Assembly (NCBI GenBank): GCA_036172245.1
Contig: JAYWIR010000022.1
Span: forward strand, 1,364,001-1,428,000
DNA: 64,000 nt
Source of the DNA: Raillietiella orientalis
Lineage: Eukaryota
Reading direction: 5' to 3'
Position 1 is the first letter of the stretch; each line of letters starts with the position of its first letter. Positions 50,715-62,007 of this stretch are shown in pieces. The notes below the pieces were generated by a model that saw only the letters and a program-made list of their open reading frames with translations, did no database searches and had not been told where the DNA came from. Position numbers and translations under genes: made by a program.

Positions 50715-51960
50715 CAGTAAGGGACGGTGATGGAGTGTTCTTTTAGCTCTTCAAAGAGAAGCTCAGGCACATCAGAAAGCACAAAGAATCCGGAAGATAC
50801 TTCGATGTGTGTGTGGAAGAGGTAGAGGCAGGATTCAGGGTGGGTGTAAGGAAGAGATAGGAATACGGAGCGACGGCTAATGTCATCCCCAGCTTATTAG
50901 ATGTGGAAATTTTGGGAGATGAATTGCAAAGCCTTTCGACAGCATGTTAACCACGGAGTATCCGTGAGCAAAGCCAAGCAGGACGATCCAGGAAAAATTC
51001 CATAAAGGTTTTTCCCGATTCTCATAGCGGAGAAAGCCATCTTAAGCTTGTTGACTCGCATCTCCTGACGAGGAGCTGCAGCGAGCTGCATCGAATGTAC
51101 AGCAACTTGCCGGAGGGGTGTGTGGAGAGCAATGATCCCTCAGGCCTTTAAGAGACTTCTGCAACGAAAGCAGCGAGCTCATCTGTTCGATGGCCGCAAC
51201 ACAAGAGCTCTCTCGGTGCTGGTGAAAAAGAGATGCCAGAGAATCAGCGAAACTCGTCAGAAAGTTACAATCGTTTGTGGGATGCTTGAACCTTGAAACG
51301 TGAAGCTCGAAGACAAGCAAGACGAGCTGCATCCTTATCATCGAAGTCGGTCCACGTTTACACACAAGAATGCCTGGGGCAATGCCGAAGGGAAGCAAAG
51401 CGCAGTCTTTGGGAATAAAGACGAGCAAATCCATGTAGAGACCAGACACTACTTGACAGTTGGGTTGCATAAGAGAACATGGTTCTCACTAAAACGTTCA
51501 ATTGTAATCCCAGACGAAGAAAGGTGCACCTCTTTCTTCACCAAGATCTCTCAGCACGCATTTCTTCCTAGACAGCGGAAGACGGGAAAACTGGAGGTGA
51601 AGTCTGCGAGGAAGACGGAAGCGACTGCCAGTGCGGAGGTGCCGGGATACTCGTAACTCGGGCGGAGCGAAAAATGGAGGAAGAGACCGAAGTTTCTGTC
51701 CATCTTCGGAGCGTCGGTCAAGTTTGACCAAACTTAGCTTTCTCAGTTGACCAATCGATTTCTTAAGAGGAGAGTTTGTGACGAATTGAGAAGGATGCAA
51801 AAGACGAAAGGAGCACCACGAGCACAGCAGCTCTTCCTCACTTGGGAAATGACGATGAAGTGCCAAAGAAATCTCAGGAGAAACAATGGCGACGCATTCA
51901 GTCTCTTGCATCGCTCGAAGAGAGGACAGTAACTTTAGGCGATGAAGTGTGGCAGACAAA
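50715..51960 (+). mobile_element. Highly degenerate non-LTR retrotransposon RT remnant (RTE/CR1-like)
   Basis: Ordered, frameshifted traces of LINE RT motifs: DGVFF*LFKE (~50730), AGFRVG (50828), KAF/DS/VNHGVSVSK (50928-50975), RRGV (~51112). No intact ORF and no YADD motif found. Confidence 0.45.
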
Positions 51961-53029
51961 TGCTGGTGCCTCCAGCTGTTTGCTTGGGATATTATTCCCC
52001 GATGAAGGCATCAGAAACGATTTGTTTACTCTTCAACGAGTTCAAAGGTCAATACACGAAACAAAGAACTTCAGAATGGTTCTGGGGAAAATTTCATGCG
52101 TTTTGCTCATGAAAATCATCTGTGCAAGAGACTCGTATCAAAAGCAGATCAACACGTTGCTAGGATTCCAGATGCCTCTGGACTGTCTCCACGAGAAAGC
52201 CGAAATAGAAAGACTGAATCGATATAATCCAGAAGTTTCCTAAACGCTATCGGGATTTCAACGTTTCATTAGAAGGTCGCAGTTCGGGGAGATTTCCGAG
52301 AACCTGGTTGTCAAGAAGACACGCTGTGGATCCGTGGATCTGCCAACCTGCTGAGAAGATCCGAAAACCTGATACGTCGAGTAAAAATTTCTCAGACTTC
52401 TCGGACGGTGCTCTTTCTGCGGTGGGCATGTTCGACTCGCAAGTCGGTGGCGGATTAAAGAAAAGAGCTCTCTAATGAAAAGACTGCATGTGGGATCGCG
52501 TTCTCGCAAATCCAATCAAAAGTTCGCCTTGCTTTCCAGCACCCCTGTTGAGTGCACCTCTCAACGTAATCGTATCCAAGGTTCGAAATCTCTCGAAGGC
52601 ATTCGCTCAATGTATTTCGGGCAGTTATGAATCCATAATGTGGAGCCAGCAGAATGTGACATCTGAAGTAGGAAGGATTCAATCACTGAGAGTAAAGTGA
52701 CCCCGATGGTGTGCATCTCTCAATGATAGTGCTGCTGAAGAATAAAGAAAATTTTTAGACTGCTCATGATGACTCGATTCTCTCCATTAGAAGCATCGTG
52801 TTTTTCCGCCGGATCTTTTCCTGAACCCTGATGCAACTGTAATCTTTCACCTTGTTTGGTCGCTCTCTGAGCCCTCTTCTGATAGTCATCCTTCTGAACG
52901 GAATCATCACTTCATTGATCAAATTTCATACCGATGCGAATCAAATGTCATCTGATTCCAAAAGTTTGGGAATGTCTTCCTGGATTGAGAGGCGATTCTT
53001 TTGTAATCCAGGTGTTTCTTGAAGGTGCG

Positions 53030-53820
53030 CAACCTCGGGACACGCACGAAGCCATTTTTGGTCTCCCCGTCGAAGTCCGTCCTTTTCGCCCCATAATAGC
53101 TCTTTGTGGCAAACATAACTGATAACATCAGGTGAAATGAAACCCTGATGAAAACATGCACGAAGGACTTGAATTCACACTTCTGTGTTGGCTTTCGAAG
53201 ATTACGAAGGCTGGATATGTGGGGGACCATCCAGATATTAAGTGGATTGGTTCTTCGCATTTGGGAACTTCTTGCCTACAAGCCTTGGGCCGTTTTTATT
53301 TTAAAAGATCAAGCGTCTGTCGCAGGACGAAGAAAACATGCCTTTCTCTTATTGCACCTTTAATTCGTTTTACTCACAAGAAAGATGTCTCACTCACTGG
53401 TGAATGAGCACTTTATAGGTTTGAATTTCACACGACATCTCTCCACTCAGCAAACCTACGAATATGTTGTGTTCTGTTGTGTCTTCCATTCTGTTCCAAG
53501 GAACACTAGACTATGTCGGCCACAAAGACGAGAAACATCCCAATATCTCATCGGCTTCAAAAAGTCAGAAGAAGAAACCCAGCACGACTGAATGAAATCA
53601 TTATAGAAAAGAGAGCACACACACATGAACGAGAGCAAAGCCCTACAAAAACAGTCCCTTATACAATGGAAAAATAAAATAAGAGCAGCGAAAATATATG
53701 AACTCCTACTACTCCCTTAAATTCCTGCCGTCTCCCGGGAAGACAAATTTTCGAATAAAGTTTGAGGGTACTTCATGATTCTTTCCTAAGCACCAAGTGC
53801 TATATGGGGGGTTCATCTTG
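53030..53820 (+). mobile_element. Possible Penelope-like RT remnant
   Basis: AIFGLPVEVRPFRPIIALCG resembles PLE YGLPKxHK..PxRPIxxxxG. MGGS at ~53805 is in the expected order. Heavily decayed. Confidence 0.35.
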
Positions 53821-54559
53821 GAATCACTCATCATCGATAGAAGATTCCTTAGTGCAATGGATTTTGTCCTTCACCAGTTTTGCCTAGTGAAAATGAGTAG
53901 CATGGTGATACAATTGCCTCCACATTTATTTTGACATCCAAAGACCTCATTTCGATAAGATGGATCGCAAATGTTTTAAAAGCCATCGGCTCATAGAAAA
54001 CGCTTCTGGACCAAATGTGCGATGGTGTTTCGGGGCACAAATGGAGACAGAAGGAAGCCACTAGGGGAAACAAATGATCTTGGTGCTTTGTATTTCTATT
54101 TGTTTCAGTTCTCTCAGGCAAATTTTCAAGGAGGTTGTTCAGAATTTGTTCTTCTTGGAGATGGAATAGTTAAACACAGTGCAATAGTTTATTGGTCTTC
54201 GATTCATGCCACTTGTCAGAAGGTTCCCAGTTGTCTGATGTCAAAATTCTTCTTGGATTTCATTGTAAGGAGCACTTTCGTAAACGATACACTATGTTGA
54301 TCAAAAAATGCAATTATTCTAAAGGCTTCTTTCTCTTGGACTTCCGAATATTTTGCACTCAGGAACTAGCAAGAACCACTTCCTTTTCTAGAACCGATGA
54401 GACGTGCAGCTCAGGCGTTTTACTTCTTGAAGATGGTGCATTTTCAAGAACCCATCGAGGAGGATCTTTTAAAGCAAAGAGAATAATTAGAATTAGAACT
54501 CATCCTCATAGATGGATTGTTGGAAAATCCTCTATGAGGACGAATGGAGACGAAGGAAC

Positions 54560-55725
54560 CTCCGTTCAATAATCCACTCTGTATATTGGAAATTAGTTCT
54601 TCATCGACCCTCCTATAGTTCGTCTTGCAAGGCATTGTGAGATTTCAGCATGCAGTTCTAATTACAACAAAATCCTTTACCTTCTTCATTGTCCGGGGAT
54701 CATCCGTCGTCATTCGCTCCTACTCAATCTTGATAACATCCTTCTTTGCAGCTTGCCACTTGTCAATCGCAGGAAAACCCCTTGCAGAATCCTTCTGATG
54801 TCTTGAAGTTCTCCACACATTTGATTCACGTCTCATATTCCTTTTCTCGACTTTTATCATTAACGAACCTTCCGAGTGGGTTATAGGACAGTGAAAGGGA
54901 AACACATCTTGCACTCGCAGAAAATGGCAAAAAGTGAGGATTCTGTGGATGAAACCACTTGTGTTCTTTCAACCCAGCTGAAAATAAAGAATTTCATCCA
55001 GAGGGAAAGTGGTGATCAAGCGATAGATTGTCCATAAAGAATGAGAAGATGTGAGCAAAAAAGAAACTTATAAAGTCCATCAGGTGTGGCGTATAAGGAA
55101 AATGATAGTGGAGAAGTCATTTGTCGCTAACGAAACGAGTGAGGGAAGGTTTATTATTCGTAAAACTAGAATGTCCATCTAAGATGCCCCGGAGTTATGG
55201 TTGAGGGGTTCAGGTTCATTATATTGATTTGAGAAAGCACTAATATTGCAGAGATGTGGTCCTGGACATAAAATGGCGAAATTTTTCATAGTATACGGAA
55301 TGTCTCCGTAAGCAGGGAAATATCGTGTACACTCCGAAAGCGAACATCACAGCGCTTCCACGTCCCTGGCCTCCTCTTCATTTTCATCGAAACTGTTCAT
55401 AAAGAAAAGAAAAACTGAACATAAAGATTTATTCTGCAAAGTTTTGTTCAGCTTCCTGGAATCTGCTTGCATTTTCGATCTTCCATGGCCGAGAAATGAA
55501 ACGATTTTTGCTGTTTAGAAAAGTTTTCCAGTGCAGAATTCAGTTTTGGCTCGATTCTCTGGGGTTGAATTTATCATTATTATGAGAGGAATTTCATGTG
55601 CCATTCAATTAACGAGCATGCTTCCTTTCTATCTTCAAAACAATTTTGAAAGGGACAGCACATGTTCAGATTACGAGCAATATTTCTAAACACGAAATAC
55701 TGACACTGGCAACACGTTGCACCGA
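54560..55725 (-). mobile_element. Possible Penelope-like remnant (RT then GIY-YIG traces)
   Basis: CCQCQYFVFRN..CP (~55710-55650) resembles the PLE RT YFxFxN...GxPMG region. KTNYRRVDEELISNI about 1.1 kb downstream loosely resembles the GIY-YIG GxT.R...R..EH segment. Confidence 0.25.
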
Positions 55726-57792
55726 AAACTCTAGGATGCCTCTGTGGACTCAGGACGCACACATATCCTTATACCAAAACCAGCATGCAATTGCTACAGA
55801 GAGGAAGTGCACTGAGGACAACGTTTTCGGGTCTTATCACTGTCCACTCACTACAATCATTACCTCCGAACAGGGCAACAGCGGCCCCTCAGGGCAATTG
55901 CCCTGAGGAAACATTGGTCGTTGAGGAAACGTTGTTTACCAACTGTTTATTCGGGATACCGTACTTATCCGGAAGTTCTCAACAAGATTGAGTTAACGGT
56001 TCTCCACAAAAGAACAAGGAAAAGCGGTCATTAATGAAGGGAAAAGGAGATCTCACAAGAGCATAGCTAACCGGATGTTCAGATAGCTACGAATTTCCTT
56101 GGACCAAAGAATTCTTCCACCACGTGGCAAACTTGGCAACTGTTGAGTTCCACTCGGAACGCTCAAGGAAGAAGGCGAAGATGAGTTTCGAAGTGATAGC
56201 GTCACTCATGTTGCTTGCAAATAGACTGCAGATGAAGAAGCTTACCATTTGGTCGAGCTCTGTCTAAGGAAGAAGAAGCATTGGTCTTCTTCTGTTGGTT
56301 AAGGAAAAAATATTTCAGCTTGTGGTTGCCACAGGTTTGTTTCGTATGCAGTTGCTGTTCGAAAAGAAACCGCAAAAGTCTTTTTGGATCAGATTTCCCT
56401 GTCGGGAAGAACAGCACGCAATTCCACAAGAAAAGGCATCTGTTCTGCATCTTTGTAGAACATCTTCCGTTACAAAAACTGCGCTTTCCACAGCTGTCTC
56501 TGTGGAACTAAGCGAAAAATCACACGAATGAGTTTTCGAGAAAAAGGTGCACATATCAAAGAAAAAATGTACAGTGTATATCTAATCTCCATGGCTTGGA
56601 ACTGCGTGGAGTCTTGGAATTGATTGCTTTCAGTTTTGCCCATTTTTCTTGCATAATTTGTTCATCGTTCCCCAACCGTCTGGAAGGATGCTTCTGGGAA
56701 AGCACACGTATTGTAAAAGAATAAAGCTCCTCATCTGGTATGTCTGAACACGTAGATTCAGGAAGCTGAGAGGAAAAAGTCGATGCATGGCTCGTGCTCT
56801 TTATTTAGGAACACACTTTCGTTTAAGAATCCGAAGTAGGAACAATACCCAAAGGATTGCAACAGAGAAGAATCTCTCAAGAAATAACGGCAACAACGAA
56901 AAGCGCACTTTTGATCTCAATCTTTAAATCATTCGCATCTAGAGTGAAGAAGAGTTCCAAGAACGTCTCGAGCTCGACATGACGATATTGTCACCGAGTT
57001 CCCTGTTCCATCCCGGAAAGAAAAGGGCATCCCACGTGGCTCTTCCAAGGATCACCATGGAGAAGGATATCTATCATCCGCGGCGTGAATGTTCCGCTTG
57101 AAACGAGACGCCAGCGTTCTCTTCGTACGGAGAGAACTCCCGAAAACATCCTTTCGTCACCACACGCGCCATCTCTTCCACTTCCCTGACTTCCCGTTAA
57201 GCATGAGCTTCAGCAAGTGGTGTGAATTCTCAAGCTGAGCATTGAGTTCGTCATCCTGCGACTCCCTGGATCTTCTGGAAATTTCGTGTGAAGTAAGTTT
57301 TTAGGAAGGCTTGTTTTATCTTCAGCATCCGTTCTCCTTGTCTTTCCCTAGAGTAATAATCGCACGTGGTAGATATTAAAGAAGGGACACGTTTTTAAGG
57401 AGTGAGCACGGAACTCTGTTCCTCGAAAGAGAGGACAAAATCCTGCTCTATGCGTTCCTATTGTATCCACTGTGATTGCCTCTCCAGGAAAAGCAAAGAG
57501 AATCCTGTGACGTGCTTGGTCGGTTCCAGATACAGTTTTCTATCGATCTGTTATTCCGTGCAAGTGTTATCACTTTCAATGATCCCGCTGGATGCTTTTC
57601 AGATCAGGCGATGTCCGCCCCGCTTGCGACTATGGAACCTCGAAAAAGATGCGATGCATATGAATGACTTCCGGGAGGGTGGACTCTGGATCCCAGCAGG
57701 CAGCAGCGTAGGGGAGCTTCCCTGAGAACTCGGCAACGTGTTCAAACAGAATGCTCCGAATCCTTCCGACGAAGATTCGCCTTGTTGACCCG

Positions 57793-57957
57793 GGTTGGCG
57801 GCCGCGTGGCTGCGGTCTCCGCGCGTGACACCAAGCGTTGCGGGTTCGAATCCCCACGTGGAAGGTCGACGCTGAGAAGGGAGGGTGCATCGTGAGCTCC
57901 GAGTTCCTCCATAAGGATGACTCTGGCTGGCCTGTCGGCTTCGGGTGCGGCACTGGT
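57793..57957 (+). mobile_element. SINE-like repeat, copy C, 5' part (tRNA-like head)
   Basis: GGTTGGCGGCCGCGTGG...CCAAGCGTTGCGGGTTCGAATCCCC has the best-preserved A and B boxes. It is collinear with the heads of copies A and B up to CGGGTGCGGCACTGGT. Confidence 0.7.
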
Positions 57958-58509
57958 TGACACTCGGTCGCGCCGGGACATTTATTCATAAAATAAACCT
58001 ACATGTCTGTGGCCACATTACTTATGAATACAAAAAGGGGCCTACTGGGATCTGGCACGCAGGCCAACGGGATCGCCTCGGCAGCATAGGGGAAGGGAAG
58101 ACAAACGAAAAGAAAAAAGAAAAAAACAAACATGCAGTCAAGAAAAATAGGGAGGGGATTTGGGAAGAGATCATTGTGTGCTGGAGGGTGTCTTCTGCAT
58201 CCTTGTAAGAATGCCGGTAAGTTCTCATTTCAAGACTCGCAGATGGGGTCATATTGGCTCTGCCCTAATGAAGAAGACGGCAAAATAGATGACGTCCCTG
58301 TCGTTCTGGCCTCCTCTGACGTTGCTCCATGCAGCCATGATCTCGCCGCTGGGCAGCAAAGTGCTTCTATGAATGCGGACGGCGTGAGGGCGTCGCGTAG
58401 GAAGAGACGCTTCAAAACGTCTCTGGGGCTGCCGACGGGGGTTCTAAGGATCGCGGCAAAGCATCTCCAAGGGGACCGGAGGGCGTCTTTTCGCATCCGA
58501 AGCCTAGAC

Positions 58510-58558
58510 TGGCGAGACTGACTACGATCTTCTCTGAATCGTTGCTCACTGGGGGAAA
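58510..58558 (+). repeat. 49-bp dispersed repeat, copy 1 (inside the insertion that splits SINE copy C)
   Basis: 47/49 identical to 61959-62007. Confidence 0.85.
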
Positions 58559-58950
58559 CAGTCCACTAGGCGGTGCGGGAGTGATTCCCGCTTCCCACAC
58601 CTGGCCCAGTTTGGGTTCACACACACCCGTGTCCGGTGATGCCGGCGGGCGTTGCATTGCAGACCCTAACCACTTTAAGGGGAGAGTGTGGGTGTTCATG
58701 AGCACCGGGGGCGACTGCAGGTCTTTCTCCAGAATATCCAGTAGCATGTTCCAGCGCAAACGTCCACGAGGTCGAGCGATCGGGATGGCAGATAGACGGG
58801 AAACTCACCCGTCATCCACTCGCCCAGTCCTCTTCTCCTTCTGGAGATTCACAGTAACCTCCCATCTAGCCGTAAGGCTGCTGCCCATGTGTTCTCTAAG
58901 GGAAGGCAGCGCGGCAGCGAGGGAGGTTCTGTTTGCCCACGCACTCTTCA

Positions 58951-59460
58951 CGGGTGCGACACTGGTGGTGGCTGGAAACCGAATGCCCCAGTTGACTGAC
59001 CAGGATTGAAAGTTGACCCTCCGGGGTCCTTCCAGGAATCAAGGGACCCTTCGAGGTTCCCCTCTGGTTGTGAAACCGGAGCCCTGCTACCGCGTATCAT
59101 GGAGGTGGTTGATACTCCCCTCGGGGAGTCGTCTCTTCAGAGTGTTACAGAGGCTCTCTTCTCCCTTCGGGGAGAGCCCTTTAGAGAAATTGGGAAGCAT
59201 CCCTTCGGGGTTCTCTTCAGAGGAGTAAAAAACAAGGAACAGTTCCCTTGCAGGTTCCTTCCGGGGAAGAAATTCCAGGAGCGGATCCTTTCCGTGTTTC
59301 CTTTTGGAGGAGAAACGAGGAGCGACCATCTCTGGGGGACCGACCCCTCCGGAGAGAACAGGGAAGAAATTCAATTCGGAGACAACTAGGGCGAGGGTTC
59401 CTTTCCAAGCGTAAGACGAATGGACTCCTTCCTCCGAAGCCTTCCTGAATCCATGCGCGC
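58951..59460 (+). mobile_element. SINE-like repeat, copy C, 3' part (body)
   Basis: Resumes at CGGGTGCGACACTGGT. Shares GGGTCCTTCCAGGAATCA, TTCAGAGGAGTAAAAA and CTCCGGAGAGAA with copy B, in the same order. Confidence 0.7.
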
Positions 59461-60476
59461 GCTCCTCTTGCCCTATCGGAGGCTGGCACACTGCCCTTGC
59501 AGACTGCTCCAAGATAATTCGGGAACTGATCGCGTCGTCCGGAGGGATACAAAGAGTGCTCCTAGCTGTTTCGATTCCAAGTCACAGACAAGAAATCGCC
59601 GAAAACGACAAACGCTTTCCGTTATGCAGTTTCTATTACACTAGAGAAGGATTAGCAGCAGCTCCAAGGGCCATCTAAAAAATACTCGCCGCCCCCTCCC
59701 CCTTCCTCCATTACCCCCAAGTCGAACTGTAGATCCAAATGAAAAGATGGGCAATTCCCAAGTTTGACGGATGAATGTCTCTTATCCCGAAAATGGTGGT
59801 GTGGATGCCCTTCTGAAAGGAGACAACGTGGGTAACAGGCACTTCGTCCAGACGTGGGTACCTGCTTATTGAACATAAGGGACGCATTTATCACGTGCCA
59901 TATCAGTATTTGGAATTCTGCGACTGTGGTGCGACTTGAATGAATAAATAAAAATGATTTTCATTTTTTCCAGAAAAAAAAAAAAAACAACTCACCCAGA
60001 TATCATCCTGAGGCTTCATGACAAGATTTCTGATGAGAATTTTCGATTTTTAGCGTGCAGGCTTTTTTCCAACATTCATGTGACCATCATAGCATTTTTT
60101 TTTCCCTTTTTCTTTTTTTCGCAAACCCACAAACTCTTCTTGCGAAATGGGACCGTTTTGCTTCGGGGTCGGTTATGGTCGTTGTTTGCTGACGCATAGG
60201 CCAGCCACTCCGCTTTCTTGAAAGACAGCTTACAAGAAAGCGGGAAGACTCACTGGGATTGAACTCTTGGCAGGAAACTGTGTACTTGTAGAGGGGTCCT
60301 GCACGGGTGTTTGAGTGGAAAGACGCTCCGCGTGAGGGTAACAGAGAGCACGCAGAGATTCACATATTGCAACTGACCTCAGAGAGAAGCGAATTCACAG
60401 ATGTGTTGATCATCATTTTTCGGAATCCGAAGCTGTCTGAAGGGTGCCGTGAGTGGTATTGCTGTGTGGATTCGCG

Positions 60477-60868
60477 ATGACTCCGAAGTCCGGCAGTGGG
60501 AAGAGGTGAAGAGAGCAGGCAAGGCGCAGAACATCACGAAGGGAGACAAGAAGAGGAAGCGAAAGAGGAAGGAGAGTTACGCCATTAACATCTATAAAGT
60601 TTTGAAGGAGGTGCATCCGGATACGGGTAGCTTCAACAAAGCCATGTCGATTATGAACAGCTTCCACGAATGGATCTTCGAACAGATGTCATTCACGAAG
60701 CTCTTCGCAGCAGAAGCGTCCCACCTATCCCACTACAACAAGAGCACGACCACCATCACCAGCTGGGAAGTGCAGACGGCGGTGCGCCTGTTACTGCCCG
60801 GAGAACTGACCAAGTACTCCGTCTCGGAAGGCATGAAAGCTGTGACCAAGTACACGAGCTCGAAGTAA
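60477..60868 (+). pseudogene. H2B: Histone H2B pseudogene (orphan, intronless)
   Basis: Clear H2B sequence ([46 protein letters not shown]). The natural ATG at 60477 (MTPKSGSGK) is out of frame with the body and reaches TGA after 10 codons. There are many substitutions at invariant sites and a net 6-codon insertion in helix 2. No histone 3' stem-loop and no other histone genes were seen. Confidence 0.9.
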
Positions 60869-61958
60869 ATTGTGCCTCCGCCAGCCCGTGCGTCCCTGAA
60901 GAATTGACAGAATCAGACGGTCACCTGTGATCTCTCATCTCGATTTCGAAAAAACGTGCAAAAGGCGCTTCTCAACTTACACTAAAATATATGAGCTTTA
61001 GATGTTGGTCTCTCCGGTCGTGAAATGGCTGACGTGTGCCCAATCGCTTAAGATCACCAAAACGTTGAGAAGTGTACGCTGAAACACTGTGATCCCCAAA
61101 ACATAGGATGCCCTGTTGTGTTCTGCCATGAGTAGAACTCTCGCACTGATCGGTAGATAGGTTGAACTCTGTACTGTGGACAGATCCAACCCAGGTTATT
61201 CGTCCAAGGTTCGTTCCTTTTATTAATCGAGAATGCAACTCGAATAGCTCTCTGGATTTCTGGAGCATGAATCTCCAATATTTCACTCTGAATTTAAATC
61301 ATTTATCATGAGGAAGATAAGTTCGCGCAGGGCAGCTCCCTCATCATTCTGTCCGATACAATTCTGAAATGATTTATTTGGTAAGAAGAAAAAAGGATAA
61401 CGCTGGCAACAAGCGTGGAAGACTCCCAAACTCTCTGCTTTCACGTTGTACAAGTCGAACTGTTTTCTGACTCCATCGGCGGGTTCAATGGATGAATGAA
61501 TTCATCCGTCGAAATACGAATGGGTATCCTGTCATCCTGTCTTTTCAATGAGCTCTCTTTGAGAATCTGTGGCTGAAGAGGAGCCAGTATCAAAGATGAT
61601 GATGGTGTGTTTCGGCAAGTGAGGTAACAATATTGTAGTTTGGGAGATTCCACGTTTTTTCTGATTGTCCCTTCCAGGTGCAAGGGTCACCTCGAAGCAG
61701 CATCAAACAGGAGCACATTGGGAAGTGCAAGTATCAAGGAATGTTAATGACCGCTCTCCCACTGGCCTCTTAGAGATTTCATCCAGAGCAGATCTCTCGG
61801 AGCAGAGAGATGGAAGTTTCCTTCCAGCCGAATCAGCATCAAGAAAAAACACTGAGGGAGGAAGTCTGGATATGGCGATCCTTCCATCATGTCACTAACG
61901 GTGCAGAGAGGGCCGGGACTCGCATACTCGGGGGCTTCGAAGCGACAAAGTTGTGGGA

Positions 61959-62007
61959 TGGCGAGACTGACTACGACCTTCTCTGAATCGTTGCCCACTG
62001 GGGGAAA
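61959..62007 (+). repeat. 49-bp dispersed repeat, copy 2
   Basis: 47/49 identical to 58510-58558. GACTGCAGGTC also follows both copies (~58713 and ~62027). Confidence 0.85.

Noticed and set aside
57793..57860. Possible tRNA gene
   Set aside because: It has A/B boxes, but I could not fold a full cloverleaf. It continues into repeat-body sequence shared with two other loci, so it is a SINE head.
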